Assembly: GCA_951406725.2 (NCBI GenBank)
Contig: OX597818.1
Span: forward strand, 12,648,001-12,712,000
Source: Octopus vulgaris
Lineage: Eukaryota
Length of the DNA stretch: 64,000 nucleotides
Direction: 5' to 3'
Part shown: positions 27,121 to 41,953 of the stretch, one piece after another
Numbering within the stretch: the first letter of the stretch is position 1
Layout of the letters: each line of letters begins with the position of its first letter
Translations under genes and position numbers: made by a program
The notes under the pieces: model-generated
The model's input: only the letters and a program-made list of their open reading frames with translations
Databases searched by the model: none
Told to the model about the DNA's origin: nothing

Positions 27121-28204
27121 GTATGGAAACGATTTTTATTGTAGTATGGAAACAATTTTTACCTGATAGAATTTTTATCTCAAATCGAAATCTTGATTAT
27201 ATTACTCTAGGTTCTTTCATATATTCATAGCAATGCATATTAAAAAACACGTAGAAAATTCCTATCTGCACATTTTTAGGTGGCAGAGTAAAGCATGTTG
27301 GAGGAAATTGCAATAATTTTATTGCGAGGAGGAAGTAACAGAAATAAGAAACGGGTTGATAATATCCGATACACATCAATGAAACTACCAAAATATATTG
27401 TGATAGTTGCAAGATGAAATATTAATTGAACTTCTAAAGCATTAACAGGCCTGAAGCACAAGGACATACAGAAAAGTAGTTATCATTTATATCTATTGCA
27501 ATAAACTGTTATTATAAAGAAATAAATAGGCAAATCATTTGTTGATCTATGAAGTGAAACATCATTATAAATAATATGATAATGTCCATGTATGAGTGTA
27601 TTTTCATGTAAGAAAAGAAATAAGTGTGAGGAAAGGTGGGGAGAAAGGAAACGTTATCGTATAATCTGATGATAAACTATATTGTGAAAGAAATGAATGG
27701 AAAGTGATATTCAGTTATATACTCTTAATCGCATTTACAGGTGTCATAAATTGGTAACACTAGAGACGGTAACATAATACAGAAAATTAGTATCTCGTTA
27801 AAAATATATGAAGAAACCTCCAGACAAGGGAAAATAGTGAAATACTTTAGAAAAATATAAAGAAAGGAAGCAGTTCGCCCTTAGTAACATATGTTGCAGG
27901 GGAGGAGTCAATATTTAAAGGATAAAAATGAGGTGACTTTGAAATATAAGACAATATTGAATTTTATTTGTGAAGAAACGTTATAAGAGCTTCAAAGTAT
28001 CGGAAGAAAGAGTTTGGTAATATCCGACGAGAAAGTATGAATACCTCAGGGGAAAATAATTATAAAATCAATATAAAATCTTTAGAAATATGGCATGATG
28101 GTGGCCACTTTAACCATATTCATAAAACTTTCACAATGTCTATTTTGTTATCAGTGCTGCGAAATAGTCATCTGTGTGTGCAGCAATTTGCTTTATATTC
28201 AGAC

Positions 28205-28470
28205 ACTAGTCGATGTCATCGAACCCAGTGCTCAACTAGTACTTATTTTATAGACCCAGAAAGGATGAAAGGTAAAGTCGAGAAGTCGATTACGGTGGAA
28301 TTTCAAATCAAATCGTAAAGATGGACGAAGTGACTTTAAGCATTTTACCCAGCGTGGTAACGATTCTGCCATGTGAAGACATTTCCCCCAAGGTGTCACG
28401 CAGAGGGACTGAAATCGAAACAATGTGGTTGGGAAGTAAATTTCTTTCCAGAGACCCATGTCAGCACCTT
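28205..28470 (-). mobile_element. Family B SINE abutting a family A SINE head
   Basis: gtacttattttatagacccagaaaggatgaaaggtaaagtcga, then gaagacatttccccaaggtgtcacgcagagggactgaa. Confidence 0.75.
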
Positions 28471-28793
28471 GTATGTGCAGATATTAGATAATGTCTGTTA
28501 CTACTAACATTTTCTATTTTTTTAGATTTTGTTCCAATTCTTTTGAAATTTATTGTACCGATGTAGTTTTGTATGCTAATTTTTTGCCATAAATTAATAA
28601 ATAAAAACATAATAGCTTTTAAAGCTTGCAAATTAATACATAAAAACTTAATAGTTTTTAAAGGATGCAAAATTTAGGTAATATTAGGCCACAGTTCCTT
28701 TCTTCCATATTGTAAAATTGAAAGTGAAGCATGTTGCCCGAACACTCATCTCTACGTGTATGTTCTTTTAGACGAGTAATGAAACATTAGTTC

Positions 28794-28968
28794 TAACCAT
28801 AAACGTAAAACATAAACGTAGACTCTAACTTTATCCCGAAATGTAACACTAAAATTTAACCCAAATCCTAACCGTAACCTTAACCCTAAATTAATCCTAA
28901 AAATATAACCCCTAATCCCATATATAACTTTAACCTTAACCCTAATCCTAAACCCAAACTCTAACCTA
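28794..28968 (+). repeat. Degenerate (TAACCC)n interstitial telomere-like array
   Basis: 6-bp periodicity with cctaac and taaccc variants. Confidence 0.75.
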
Positions 28969-30779
28969 TTTTTTGTATTGTTTCGCAAAAGAATTCGTTG
29001 AGGGTTTTCTTTTTACTTAAGTCACACGCCTGTTCGACTCTTTCATATATCTTTATTAAAAAAAACTTATTAAACTTCTTACAACTTTCGTCGTTGGGAT
29101 GGTTTGCTTTCATGTTTGATATGAAAACTTAGTCATTGCAATATTTTTCTTTTCATTTTTTTTATAGACAAATACTACGCAGAAAATGCCAGCTTTCAAA
29201 TCAGCTTTTCTGACCGAGTAAACATGATTAAAATTTAAACCTTTGTAACATTTTTCTATATTGTTTCTAGAATAAATAAATCACAAAACAGGATTGAGCA
29301 TGAAAAATTGCATCAGCATACCAAATTTGAATATTTTCGATTAATTTCAAAATTTAAAAATCTGTGATTGTAACACAAAAGCCCCAGATATTAAATACAG
29401 TAGTGGAGCTCTTATGTATAACCGATTGTACGTCACCCAGGTTTATGTGGGTGAGGGTTAAATATGGCAGAAAAAAACGAACATAAAAAAGTAATTTAAC
29501 AGTAATATAAAACAGAAATCTCTCGAGGTACATGTTCATCACTCTCGCCTTTCTTCATACACATAAGTCAATGGAAATCTGTTACCATTATATGTGAAAT
29601 ATTACATAGGCCTTTGATATCCAGACTGAATAATTCCACACTACAACAGATAAGAATAAACACACCAAGGAAAAAGTTTAATGCATTTTAATTGACGTTT
29701 TAATGTCTAGGGATATGAATATTGGAGTTAACCATTCGGAAAAAGTCTGCTGAATTAAATGTTTAAAAATCAAAAAACACGAAATTTTCAACAAAACAAG
29801 TGTATGTTGTTTTAGTTATTATCACAGTATTACATTTATTCCCGACAAAATTTGTTTACTGACTGTAACTGTTAGACATGAAGTACGACGTGCATTCTCA
29901 AAACATATCTACTGTCTTTCATGCTGCTCATACTCTTAGGTGTAAGTTATGTTAGGCATTAACAGTGAACTTCCGGAGTATTTTACATCCCTGATGTGCA
30001 ATGGATAAACGATAATAAAAGCAAAGGAGCGGCAGCAGCAGCAGCAGCAGTAGTAGTATTATTAGTAGTATCAGTAGTAGTAGTAGTAGTAATAATTACG
30101 ACAACAATAGCAATAATAATAAATTTATTCTAAAGCAGAATGAATGACTTCCTCCTAAATTACTACATGTATGCAAAGAAGTATTAAGTGCATTCAGCAT
30201 CTGCATTTTCTAGGTAGATTAGGAAGGGATAATTTATCACATTGGTTATCGCTACTCATTTTCATCCAAGGAGGAATACAGCTAGGGCATTACAAATTTG
30301 GTTCTTTCATAGACAGAAAGCTATAACAGTATATCCAATAACTGCCTATTGCTAAATATAACAGTGCAGTATAAAAAAAAAAGGATGCAATTGAAAAAAA
30401 TCATAGAGAATGGCAGCGTGACCTTACTTTGAGATATATTCATTGCTGCGGAGAAGGAGATCAAGTGCAACGGCCAAATAGTTTTGTCAAAGACAAAAAA
30501 ATCTTTCCTAACAAACGGTTCTGGATATCTCTAAAAATCAAGGAATTAATAAAAAAAAAATGACCTGCAAGATGACAAAACTGTGAAGACTGAAAACGTG
30601 TGAATTTGCAATTATTGCAAGACATACTGAGAAATATTCTAAACACAAGGTCTTACAAATACATGAATACAACACATTTAATAGTAAATAATATGTAATG
30701 CGCATGCATTTTATAGAACAATTTCTATATAATAGAAAACGTAAGACAATAACAAAATACTGCACATACCCAAAAGACA

Positions 30780-31460
30780 CACGGATTTAGTTGGTTAAAT
30801 TATGAAAGCAGGAAAAATTCATGTCTACCTAAAAAATAGTACTCTTATCATTTAAAAGAGACGAAGTACATATTTGAGAAGATGTTTCATACGCCGCCAG
30901 GAAAAGAACGATAAAATTGGTAGGATAAGAAGGTTTATAATTATAGATGTGCTCCAAAAAGATTTAAACAACAACTGCATCATCATTCTGAAATACAATA
31001 TGTATGAGACAATATATCAACTACTTAACACATTGCACAGAAATAATAGCAACATTCATATACACTTCTGGTTAATAACATCCAATATACGTCTATTTCT
31101 AGCAGCATTAACAGAAAATGAATGATATACAATAAGAGAAACAATAAGATGTTATACCAAAATACAGTCAAAATACTGGAGCTCCCTATTATGACTCAAA
31201 AATTACCCAGCATATATGTTTTTAAAACATTGTCGCAAATTAAACATTTTTAGGAGTTGCATAAATATGTTTTATCGACCAACATGAAATTAATTGGTAC
31301 CAATAATAAGTAGAGCAACACACACATCAACAATCTAAGAATAACAAACAAGATTGCAGTCTCACAAAAGTCGGCACTCCTTGAAACTACTAACGTTTGT
31401 GAGTGATACTTTATGCTTCAAGTTGAGATAATAGGGCCGAGTGGAGATTGCTTAGCATAT
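30780..31460 (+). mobile_element. Decayed R4/Dong-like (RLE) non-LTR 3' region
   Basis: AAQE-like remnant near 30890 and IAVSQKSALLETT at about 31350-31390, resembling the LQKxALLGT C-terminal motif. Confidence 0.45.
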
Positions 31461-31504
31461 ACCCGAGTAGTCATGAAGTCACGCTAATGGTATAAGACAA
31501 TAAT

Positions 31505-31885
31505 ATTTTTTACTAAAGGCACAAGGAATGAAATTTTTGGGAAGGGTATAGTAGATTACATCGACTTCAGTGCTCAATTTGTGCTTATTTTATCGACCTC
31601 GGAAAGATGAAATGCAATGCCGACCATGGCAAGATTTGAACTCAGAACGTAAAGAGCCGGAACAATTGGTGCTAGACATATCGTCTAGCGTACTAAGATT
31701 CTACCAGCTCACCACATTAGAATATTCCTTACTATAATTACCATTTTATCGACCTAGAAGGGATGAAAGGTAAAGTCGACCTCTATGACACTTGAACTTC
31801 CAACGTAAAGGACTGACGAAATGCCGTTAAGTATTTTGTTCGCGGGTGGGTGCGGTGGGGGGCGATTCTTCCAACTCACTGCTTG
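31505..31885 (-). mobile_element. Two tandem family B SINEs
   Basis: ttttatcgacct..gatgaaa..tcgacc..ttgaact..aacgtaaag occurs twice. Confidence 0.8.
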
Positions 31886-32094
31886 AGAATCATAAAATAG
31901 TTGAATACTTAAGATAATAAAATTTGATTTGTCGTGTATGGATTACCATTTACCATGTAAGAAAGCAACAGATATTAATTGAAGGTTCGATAAAGAAGAA
32001 GAAAGAATATATATTGATACTGAATTTTTTCGTGCTGGCAAAGAGGTCGAAAGTATCGATCTATATGAAAGCAAGATGGAATTTAAGTCAACAT

Positions 32095-33130
32095 CCTTAA
32101 GATGAAGGTGTTAGAAACCATTTGACAGAGGAGGCTTGCAATGGAATTTTCGTGCACCAATATTTTTTTTACACATGTTCAGATGCACCATACAAGTTTT
32201 CATGAAACCCTCGTCTAACGGGGAAAATTTTCGTAGTTCAAGAATTTCTGGACGCCAGAAATTAATTAGCTCAACATCATTCCGAAGTAATTCTGTTCAG
32301 GTTTTATGTTAATATGTATTTTCATGATGTTTCTTCCGCTAATTGAGCATGGATGCATAAATGTGTGTATTCATTGGCAGATCATGAAAATCCTTGTCAT
32401 ATGACACTTACGATAACATGGTCTTTCAAAACATATTTTTGGAATTGCCAATATAATCAGCACAAACACTCTCCTCTTTTAAAACCCGAAACCGTTTCAA
32501 ATATCCGTGCTAAAGCTGGAGGATGAATAGTTCTAATTTCCTCTTGAATATAGTGACGTCATTTATTCAACAAGAAAACAATTAAATCTTTCCTGCAGTT
32601 ACAAATGTGATCATTGCCATAGCTGGTAACATCAACAAAATATCATAACTAGAATGGCTCTCTGTTCGAGTTGACTGTTTCCTCTTTTAGGTAATTATAA
32701 ACAGTATTTAGCAGTTTTCAAAATAAATTTAAAATTTGCTCGCTAAAGCCGATAACATCAATTAATAATTCTAAGTGAGCTCTCTCTCTCTTCGGAGTAG
32801 CTAAATGCTTTTCCCCTTCCAGGTAATTATTAACAGCATTTAGCAGTTTTTTGCTTAAAATAATCTCAGAACATGGTCTCTGCAAATGATAGATATGGTC
32901 ATCATCTTCAAAATCTAATGGTCCATAATATTCTCCAAATTCGTATGAGTTTATTAATTTTGATCTATATTTCCCAACCTTTAGCAACACACTCCGGCTA
33001 TAAACTTATGAACAGAGCGATATTTAAGTGTTTGATCAAAAAAGTTGTTGCTCCGATGTTTCTACTTGTCAAACAAATTTGTTCCTCTAATTTTTCATAA
33101 AATAACTGAAGAATGACAAGCAGCTCAAAG
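32095..33130 (-). pseudogene. Decayed intronless ORF of unknown family with an internal duplication
   Basis: Protein-like frames (..YEFGEYYGPLDFEDDDH.., ..NDVELINFWRPEILELRKF..) broken by stops and frameshifts. KLLNAVNNYLEGE and KLLNTVYNYLKEE repeat about 45 codons apart. Confidence 0.45.
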
Positions 33131-33549
33131 ATGCTAAAATTCTGAAAACTTCATATAATAAAACTAACTAACTGCAAATTAAGTGCAAATACGTTAAAGA
33201 GATTGTAGTTGCTCATATACATCTCAAGAAGGTTCTACCGTGAGCACGTATTTGTTTGCATTAGTTATCTAACTTTCTGTATTTTCATAATTTCTTTTAT
33301 CACCAAGCTTGCACAACTATTTTGCCTTTTTATTTCTTTCTTTCTCTTAATCACGCTCTCCAATCTTACTCAGCTCTCCAAACTAGATTCATTCTTCCTA
33401 TATTGTGCAATGGTGTTGAGTCCTTAAATGTGTAATATATTACGGTCGTGTCTTTATATCGGAAGCTATTTTCACAAAATATCACAATGGCCTTAAATTT
33501 GACTCGCTCTAAATAGGAAGTCATTTATCCCATTATTACTGAAATAGTT

Positions 33550-33760
33550 AAGGTGGTAAAATGGCAGAATAGTCAACACGTCGGACAATATATTAGTGGG
33601 ATTTATCCTGGCTTTTACGTTCTCAGTTCAATAGTCACTGAGTTGGTTGACTTTGCCATTCTTACTTTCGATAAAACACGTACCAGGTGAGCATTGAAGT
33701 TGATGAAAGCGACTAGTCTCTTACCCCATAATTTCAGGATATTTGCCTCTAGTACAAAGA
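33550..33760 (+). mobile_element. Family B SINE (diverged)
   Basis: tggcagaatag..ttttacgttctcagttcaa..gactttgcc..tcgataaaa..gtaccag. Confidence 0.65.
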
Positions 33761-35949
33761 ATCAATGGATTACTATCAATTTTTCTTTCGTTTTGCTCTA
33801 TAATGCGTGACAACCATAAGAAAGAAAAAAAAAAGAAAAGTCAAGATCTGCAGCTTAGAATTGTAAACTAAATTTGCTGTCAAAAAGCATGCAATGAGCA
33901 ACTCACTGAAACATCAAGGTCAAACAAGTCTCAAATATCCATTGGACAATTATGAAACTGTGAAGGTGATATATTTTCGATATGAAATTTATGACTTGCT
34001 TACATAGGCGCAGGAGTGACTGTGTGGTAAGAAGATTGCTTCTCAAACAAATGGTTCCGTGTTCAGTCCCACATTGTTTCTATCTTATTATTAGCCATTA
34101 TTTCATATACGGGTAAAACAAATATTGATGGTAATTAATTATCTACGTGTACACAATATCGTGTTTCAAGTGTCACTAAGGTTATTTAGATTTTGACAAG
34201 TCGACAAAATATCAACCATATACTGCGATCATTATAACTATGCCCTCCCTAAAATATAGAGCTAAGAAGCTTTTCGTGTTTTGCGCCGTTTCGAGGCAAA
34301 ACAGACATGACATGATATTTCATATGCTTGTCTTTTAAAAAAAAAATCATTGAAAGTATGTCAGCCACCTAGGTTGCATTTGGAAGATAGTATCCAGAAA
34401 GGCGGACGCATTAGGTACACAAACAAAATACATACTGTTTAAAAAAAAGACCAACATGAAAAGAAGACACCAGTTACACGATACGAGTATTTCTAAAACA
34501 GTCATTCGCATTTTCCCATATATCCAGGTGGTAATAGCTAGAGTCTGAACAACAGACATGACAGATTGACTTGCAAGAAACAAGGACTGAGCATTGGTCA
34601 GTACTCTCAAAACTGATATAATAGAATGTGTTGAAGGACAGTAGCTATTGTCCGAGGAAATACATATGATATTTAGCAAGGATGAAAATAGTATACCTCT
34701 GTTTTGTCAAATTCAGACCGAGCTTTCGTATTCGTATGCACCCCCCCATATAAAACGCACTTTGAGGGGTAGGTTAATCATTGCCATTCCTATTGACCGG
34801 CGTAGCTCATCTGGAAGTACTTAGCGGTTATTGGAACTAAGAGCAAACGGAGGATAGCATGTGTAATGAGAACTGCCAACTGGGATACTGCAATATATGG
34901 GGGATTTGAATACAAGGATTACAACCAGGAATATTCTTACGAATGTCGCACCGCTCCTTCTGAATTTTAGAACCCGATACGCGAAGACGGCAAGCGTGGA
35001 GCTTTGCAAGTCATCGTGACCTCCGAAGATTACATCACAGAGCTAGGCTGAAGCTGTGGCCCATTCTGAAGGTAGATAAAAGAGTACTTGAGTACTTTCT
35101 ACCTAGTGGACTGATAAAGTTGATTAACGGAGCAGATTACAGCAGAAGCGCAGCAACAATAACAGCAACTATTAAATATATATATACTTCGCAGAAGACA
35201 ACAGGTAATAGCTACTAGATATCTGCAAATCTCTTCTCATCATAAATGTCTGGATCTGACGTCCAGCCAATGACCCAGGAAGAATTACTAGCCAAAGAAA
35301 CATAAAGCGTTTTGAAATTTGAGAGACGAAGGATTGAAAGCACGAAAATATCTTTTATTTTCTTTATAGCTATTCCACATGCTTTGTTTTCCGCAGATGA
35401 AATATCTATTGAAATACAATATGATTAATTGGTTCTTTTTATGTACATTTATTGAAATTGTTGGTATTTTCGAATACAGTAAACATGGTCAACATTTTGT
35501 TAACCTTTTCCTGCATCCTAAATACCCGATGCCAACATTTCAGTGATATGCTCTCATGAAGGTTTACTATCCTTTATATTATTTCCTTTGCTCTTCTCAG
35601 ACTCTATTTATCACACATGTTTGGTTGCAGTTGAAGATTCCCACCAATTTCCAGTTGTTTATCAGCAACATTTCATCTATTTCATTTCCGTTAATTTGGA
35701 AACGTGGCATCAACACTGAAAACAATACAGGTATCTGGTATTACTGTCGTCTAATCGATTGGTGATGATAAGCATCAGAAAGTTAAGCAACCCACACAAT
35801 ACAAAGAGAAAGAGAGAGAGGGAGAGAGAGAGAGAAAGAAAGAGAGATGATATAAGATTACTTGTGACTGAGAGAAAAAGCAAAAACGGGAAAGAAATAT
35901 TGTGTGAGACAGAGAGGGGAGAGAGGGAGAGGGATAGAGAGAGAGAGAG

Positions 35950-36190
35950 AGAAATTAAACCATCTCAACAAGAGATGTTATATATAGATAAGAAAAAGCA
36001 ATATTTAATAAGAGCATTGGACATTAGCAAAACCTAAAAAATCAATGATAGTAGTTACTATAACAAAACAGACACCAATAACTATTCGAGAATGATATTA
36101 ACAGTTGTGACTTAAAGCGTTGCGAGAGTCACCAAAAATACAGGTTCAACAACCATAACTACAATCCCAGAAACAGTAGCAGCTTAAAGC
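35950..36190 (+). mobile_element. Decayed R4/Dong-like RLE endonuclease fragment
   Basis: EIKPSQQEMLYIDKKKQ...LDIS resembles the EIKAKRPDIVV segment at 42350. TTIPETVAA follows downstream. Confidence 0.35.
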
Positions 36191-36743
36191 TATAACACTT
36201 ATAACACGCAGAAGAAATTCTAAATAAACAAATCATTTGGTTTTTCGTAAATTCTGATCAGATTTGTCTGATAATGTCATAACATTATCTCGGATCATAC
36301 TAGGCCTTGTCTCTTCGATTGGATAAATAAATAAACGTGGTCCTTCCACATATTTACATGGAAGATAAATAAAAAATATTGCATATTGATTTTAGAATCG
36401 TCCGTGTCTACGGTCGAGTGTCTTTTATGTTAATAAACACAGTGGGCTGAATAACCTAGTGATGATGGTAGGCAAGTCAAAGAGACAGCATGCAGTATTG
36501 TTGCTGTTATCGCTATCTGACCGATATGTCTGATATGAGACACATACACTCCATAGAAGATAGTGGTAGTTAACAATGTTTTATTTCATATCGTATCTTA
36601 TGTATGCTATGGGGAATTGTATAATGAAGAGTGCGTATTGTGAATAAATACAAAAAGGAAAAGGAAGTAGAATTGTAACAAATATATACGTCTGATAAAC
36701 ATCTGTAGAGCAGATTGTTAGCAGTTACTTGAAAAACTGCACG

Positions 36744-36774
<31 letters not shown>

Positions 36775-36873
36775 GTATATATATATATATATGTACATAA
36801 TATAAACATATACATACATTCATAAACACGCATATATATATAAAACATACATATATACATACATACTTACATG

Positions 36874-37079
<206 letters not shown>

Positions 37080-37654
37080 GTAATCAAAATGCACATAAAG
37101 AATGGTCTTTAATGTGTCAATATATGCAAACACACGTTTTACATCGATAAAACCTATTCATGTTGTTTAAATACCCATATAAGCCTAGACGCCTTAGTAT
37201 ACATTTATTTGTGATTATTTCTGAGCACATGTTAACATACTTCTCTGAGTACTAAAATAACGTGAAAAACTATAAAAAATATGTACGTTCAAATCTACGT
37301 AAATACTATGCACATAAGGCCATGCAATATTTTTTATGTATACTAAAAGTATACAAATACTTCATAGATTTTTGCCTCTATAATTATGTACATTGTATTC
37401 TAATTGTAAGTTTTCACCAGGATTCATGGACTTCAAAACTAAATTTTTTCTTTAGCTTTATCGAATATTTTGTCTAATTGCAATGAATGGAGTTTTATTC
37501 GCATTACTGTAAATAGGCAAAATATTTACTTGTTTTTACGCCTATTGTAACTTGGATTCGCTTCCCTGGTGATTTCCTACAGAGTTTGTTGTTTACAAAA
37601 AGCTTTTAGACATAACAGACGGATAAAATATAAATGAGTTTTTTAAGCTAAGAT

Positions 37655-37880
37655 AAAATAGCAGAATTGTTAGAAGAGCGCAAGACGGCGAGGTGGCAAA
37701 TGTGTTAGTACGCTGGGCAAAATTCTAAGCAGCCTTTTCGTCTGTTGTTACATTCAGAGTCGAAGTCGACCGCCTTTTATTCTTTAGGGGTTTATAAATT
37801 AACCATTTGAGAACTGGTGGTCAATGTAATCGACTAGTACCCTCCGCCGAAATTTCTGGCCTTATGTCATAAATTGAAGT
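37655..37880 (+). mobile_element. Family B SINE
   Basis: ggcgaggtggcaaat..gttagtacgctgggcaaaa..gtcgac..aatgtaatcgactag..gaaatttctggcctt. Confidence 0.7.
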
Positions 37881-38644
37881 CAACATGAAGGAAGAACGTG
37901 AAAATAATCATGAAAAATCATGGTTAAATATGAAACAGTTAATGGACACAACTACTTATTTGGGAATAAACCAGAGTTCAATTTTAACATGAAAATAGCA
38001 AAGCTGCGTACTAGTAGTGTCAGACGCGGCATGTAGACTATCATACAACTTGCTTTATTCTTACCTTCCGTTCTACGAATCAAGCGTTCATATGCACACT
38101 CCAGTTCATACTACTCTTTTCGGCTACTACTCAAAACTGTTTACAAATCACAAACACCTTACGAATCTGCGGTAGTAAGAAGTGCATCGCGCTCCGATAG
38201 TTGCGAAAATAGTTATGAAATTTCTGAAGGGTAACTACATTTCACGACTTAAGAATATTCCAGTTACTTATTTATACTTTGGCACCACAAATAAATGGTT
38301 CCCAAACTGATACAACACGGCACATTTGTTAGAAAGTTCTACATACTTAACAGTGATCTCTTTACTTGACAGACTTCATATGCATCAAAATGAGAAATTT
38401 ATCTCGTTCATGTTCTCACGGTTGCAGCAAATTTGCTAGGCATTTAGTCATAAAACATTTCTTCTACATTATTATTTAGTTAGATATATAACCTGTTAAT
38501 AAACTGATGGTAGACATTTAAGGAATTAACCATTAGAGTGTTCGAGAAAACACCTTGCGGTATTTGTTTTGGCTCTTTGTGTTCTGGGTATAAATTAGTT
38601 CTCGGCTGGGTTTACATTACTTTCTTCAGTATCATCAGTAATAG

Positions 38645-38842
38645 TCAAGGAAGTAAATTCGAGTTTGTACAAATATTCTCTCCTGCAAATTTCTGATAGC
38701 GTGTCTGACCATCAACATCGCGTCGACCATAGAAGAATGCAGTTAATTTATTCCGCCGAGCTGTAGCTTTGTCCGTATTTTCACTTAAACGAAACTTATA
38801 ATAACGTTGAATATTGACTAACTGGATATAACCATTAATCAT
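38645..38842 (-). mobile_element. Mariner transposase N-terminal HTH relic
   Basis: YYKFRLSENTDKATARRN..FYG..V..T.YQKF..EN resembles the mariner pattern YEFxLGxxAxEAxRNI..YG..V..RT..WFxKF. Confidence 0.5.
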
Positions 38843-41041
38843 GAGTTTAGTGATCTGAAATCATTATATCTGAGACGCTTGAGAATAAACATTTCTAATT
38901 TAGCACAAGCTTCAAAATTTTAAAAGGATGTAACCTAATCGATTTAGTCGATCCAACTCCAACTTACTAAATATAACTAACGAAACAAATTTTAAACGTT
39001 TGAGATTTCCTTCTTCACTTGAAGAAAGAAATCCAGAACGTAGCGGTGATCGAGAATGACTCATAAAATTGAATAATTATTGTAGAAAATAAATTAACTG
39101 GACAAGTATACACGCATATACATTTCTATAATTGCGCACCGTAAAACTCATTTTGTTGAAATATAATACATACATACATGCATACATACATACATACATA
39201 CATACATACATACATACATACATACATACATGCATGCATACATACATACATACATACACGCATAAATGCATATATACACGTGTATGTGTGTCTATGCGTG
39301 GTATGTGTGTGTGCGTGTCTGTGTAAGGAGCACTTATCTTTTCTGAATCGGAACGAAATAGGCACAAATTATAAATTATATTATTTTAAATTCTAATGAA
39401 GTGGAAAGAAAAAAAGGCTTCCATATTCTGTGATATTATATCAATAACATATGTAACATAGAACTTCAGAAAAAGGCCATTAGCGTCTAATAAAAGGTGT
39501 CCCTCTCCTAGTGGAAATAGATATATAAAGAGAGTCAAGATATGTTAAACCGACAGTGAGTAAGAAAGAGGGAGAGATAGAAAGAAGGTGATCACTGTTA
39601 TGTACGTTTGGAAAGTGACCAAGTATATCAATGGCGATGTGCTAGAACATTGGAATTGGTATAGTAAATTTATTAAAGTCTGATTCCATATACCAATTAT
39701 CTATAGTTTCGCGATGCATTACAAGTTATGCATGCATTGAGGCGAATAATTTTCATGCGTCGAGAAATTCTGTAGGATGACGAAGAGACGAAATTCCTTA
39801 TGATGATGAGGATGAAATTTCAGAATTAAAGGAGGAGGTGGACTGGCTGTTGTATCAAAGCAGGTATAATCACCGCTATTAAGAAGTACTTATACAAAAT
39901 TGAGAGAGTCATGACAATCTAGTGAAACTGTAACGCTTCTTCCCATTCCTAGTCGGAGGCGATGCGTTGGAAGATCAGTATTTGTTGTTTATATAGGTAA
40001 TACAGCGTGCAAGGAGTATTAGAAAACATTTAGCTATCTTCAAAACAGACTAAAATGTTTTTATCCTTTCAGACTGCCCGTGGCAGATAAAATGCCTCCA
40101 CAAGAAATAGAGGGATATTCATTGTTCCGACATGTGTGGAATACACTCATTTAGAAATTGTCAACTTCCAAATGTAAAATCATTTTGTACACAAAGTTCA
40201 CAAAGAAATGAAAGCCTCTGACGAGAATTTCATCTGCTTCAAAGAGGAAATAACATTCTAGAATTTCTGTCCCAATAGAAAAAAAAAACCCACTATAGTT
40301 TATTCAATACTTTCAAAGCATTATCGATGATTGCTTAGTTAGAATAGCATGATTAAATTATTAAATTTACGAAGCCCATATTTCAGGCGCTTAAAACATC
40401 GGCCAGGGGATGGTTCTTGCTGGAGCATTTTGAACACTTAAATACAGTCATTGGGATGTTTGTTAGTCACCGTTGTTTGATATCTAAACTTAAGATGAGC
40501 ACGTTATGAAATATTGCTTCAAATATTCATTCAAAACATGACACAAATTAATGCGTCAGTATTCACTTACATCCAAAGATTAATTTGGAGTGATTTAAAA
40601 ATTCCGTTTAGTAAATCGTTAATCTGTATTTGTAAATAAGTTCACCTACATTTTTCCGCGTAATTAGTATAAAACCCCAAATCCATAAACGTGAATATTT
40701 CAGAAATTGTATTAAAAACATTAAATCATTTTCAAATTGACTGACGGATTCTGGTTTTCAAATATAATTGATAAGTTTTCCTAATTGTCATGCTCTGCGT
40801 TTGAAGTTAAACACATTCTATAAGATAAAGCTTTGTAACTTAAAACAGTGAGAGATCATTTATGAGCATCTAGTTATTCGCAATGATAATTTCACTTTGA
40901 AAGAATTTAAGGAAAAAATCCATGTTTATTATACATTTATTCTTCCTGTGAAATGTAATGCAAAATTAATGTAACTTTGGTTACAAATGATAATTTCCGA
41001 ACTCATTTCTTTTTATTCAAGAAACGTGATATTTGTGTTGT

Positions 41042-41110
41042 TAAGAACACCATTGTCTGAATCTAAGAACACCATTGTCTGAATCTAAGAACACCATTGT
41101 CTGAATCTAA
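41042..41110. repeat. 22-bp perfect tandem repeat, three copies (taagaacaccattgtctgaatc)
   Basis: Read directly. No spacers. Confidence 0.95.
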
Positions 41111-41598
41111 CAAAAACTGCTTCTTTACTCAGCTCCCTCATTTCAGAATGTATCAAACTCCATAATCCCAAAATATGCCTCGACTTCTGCATAAAGTTTT
41201 TTAAAAATATTTTTCTTTGTTGTACTTTGTCTTTAAAAGGGATTATAATTTTTATGATTAATGATAGAATTATATGAAAATTTGACATTTCCTCATATAA
41301 TATTAGTTTGTGCATTACGCATTGGTAAATGATAAAATTTGCAAAATATCTTTTCTACAATATTCGAGTAGGCCATTTTGAACTCCAGTCACTGCTCGTG
41401 CACAATCTGTCGAAGCAGAATTGAGCTTTATACATAAATGCTCAGAAGTTACGAATTTTATGTGCAGATTTAGTTTTTCCAGTTGAATTTCTTGCTCCGT
41501 AATACTATTAAGTGTTCCTTGGCACCATAATTAGAAAATAGCTTATGTATATATAATTGGGCCAACTTACAGGCCTCGGTCGATTCACCTAAAGCAAA

Positions 41599-41651
<53 letters not shown>

Positions 41652-41653
41652 AA

Positions 41654-41687
<34 letters not shown>

Positions 41688-41688
41688 T

Positions 41689-41719
<31 letters not shown>

Positions 41720-41916
41720 ACTACTACTACTACTACTACTAATAATAATAATAATAACAATAATAATGATAATGATAATAGTAATAGTAGTAGTAGTAGT
41801 AATATTAGTAGTAATAGTAGTGGTAGTTTTAATAGTACTAGTAGTAATAGTTGTAGTAGTAGTAGTAATAATAATAATGATAATGATAATATTAATGATA
41901 ATAATAATAATCATAA

Positions 41917-41953
<37 letters not shown>

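Noticed and set aside
38700-38770. RR-NKLTAFFY-GRR neuropeptide-like motif
   Set aside because: The surrounding ORF fits a mariner N-terminal HTH better, and there is no signal peptide or repeated peptide copies.
40052-40155. Possible exon after a strong acceptor (LPVADKMPPQEIEGYSLF..)
   Set aside because: All frames stop quickly, with no clear donor or homology.
41042-41110. CRISPR-like direct repeats
   Set aside because: Head-to-tail 22-mers with no spacers, no cas genes, and a eukaryotic context.
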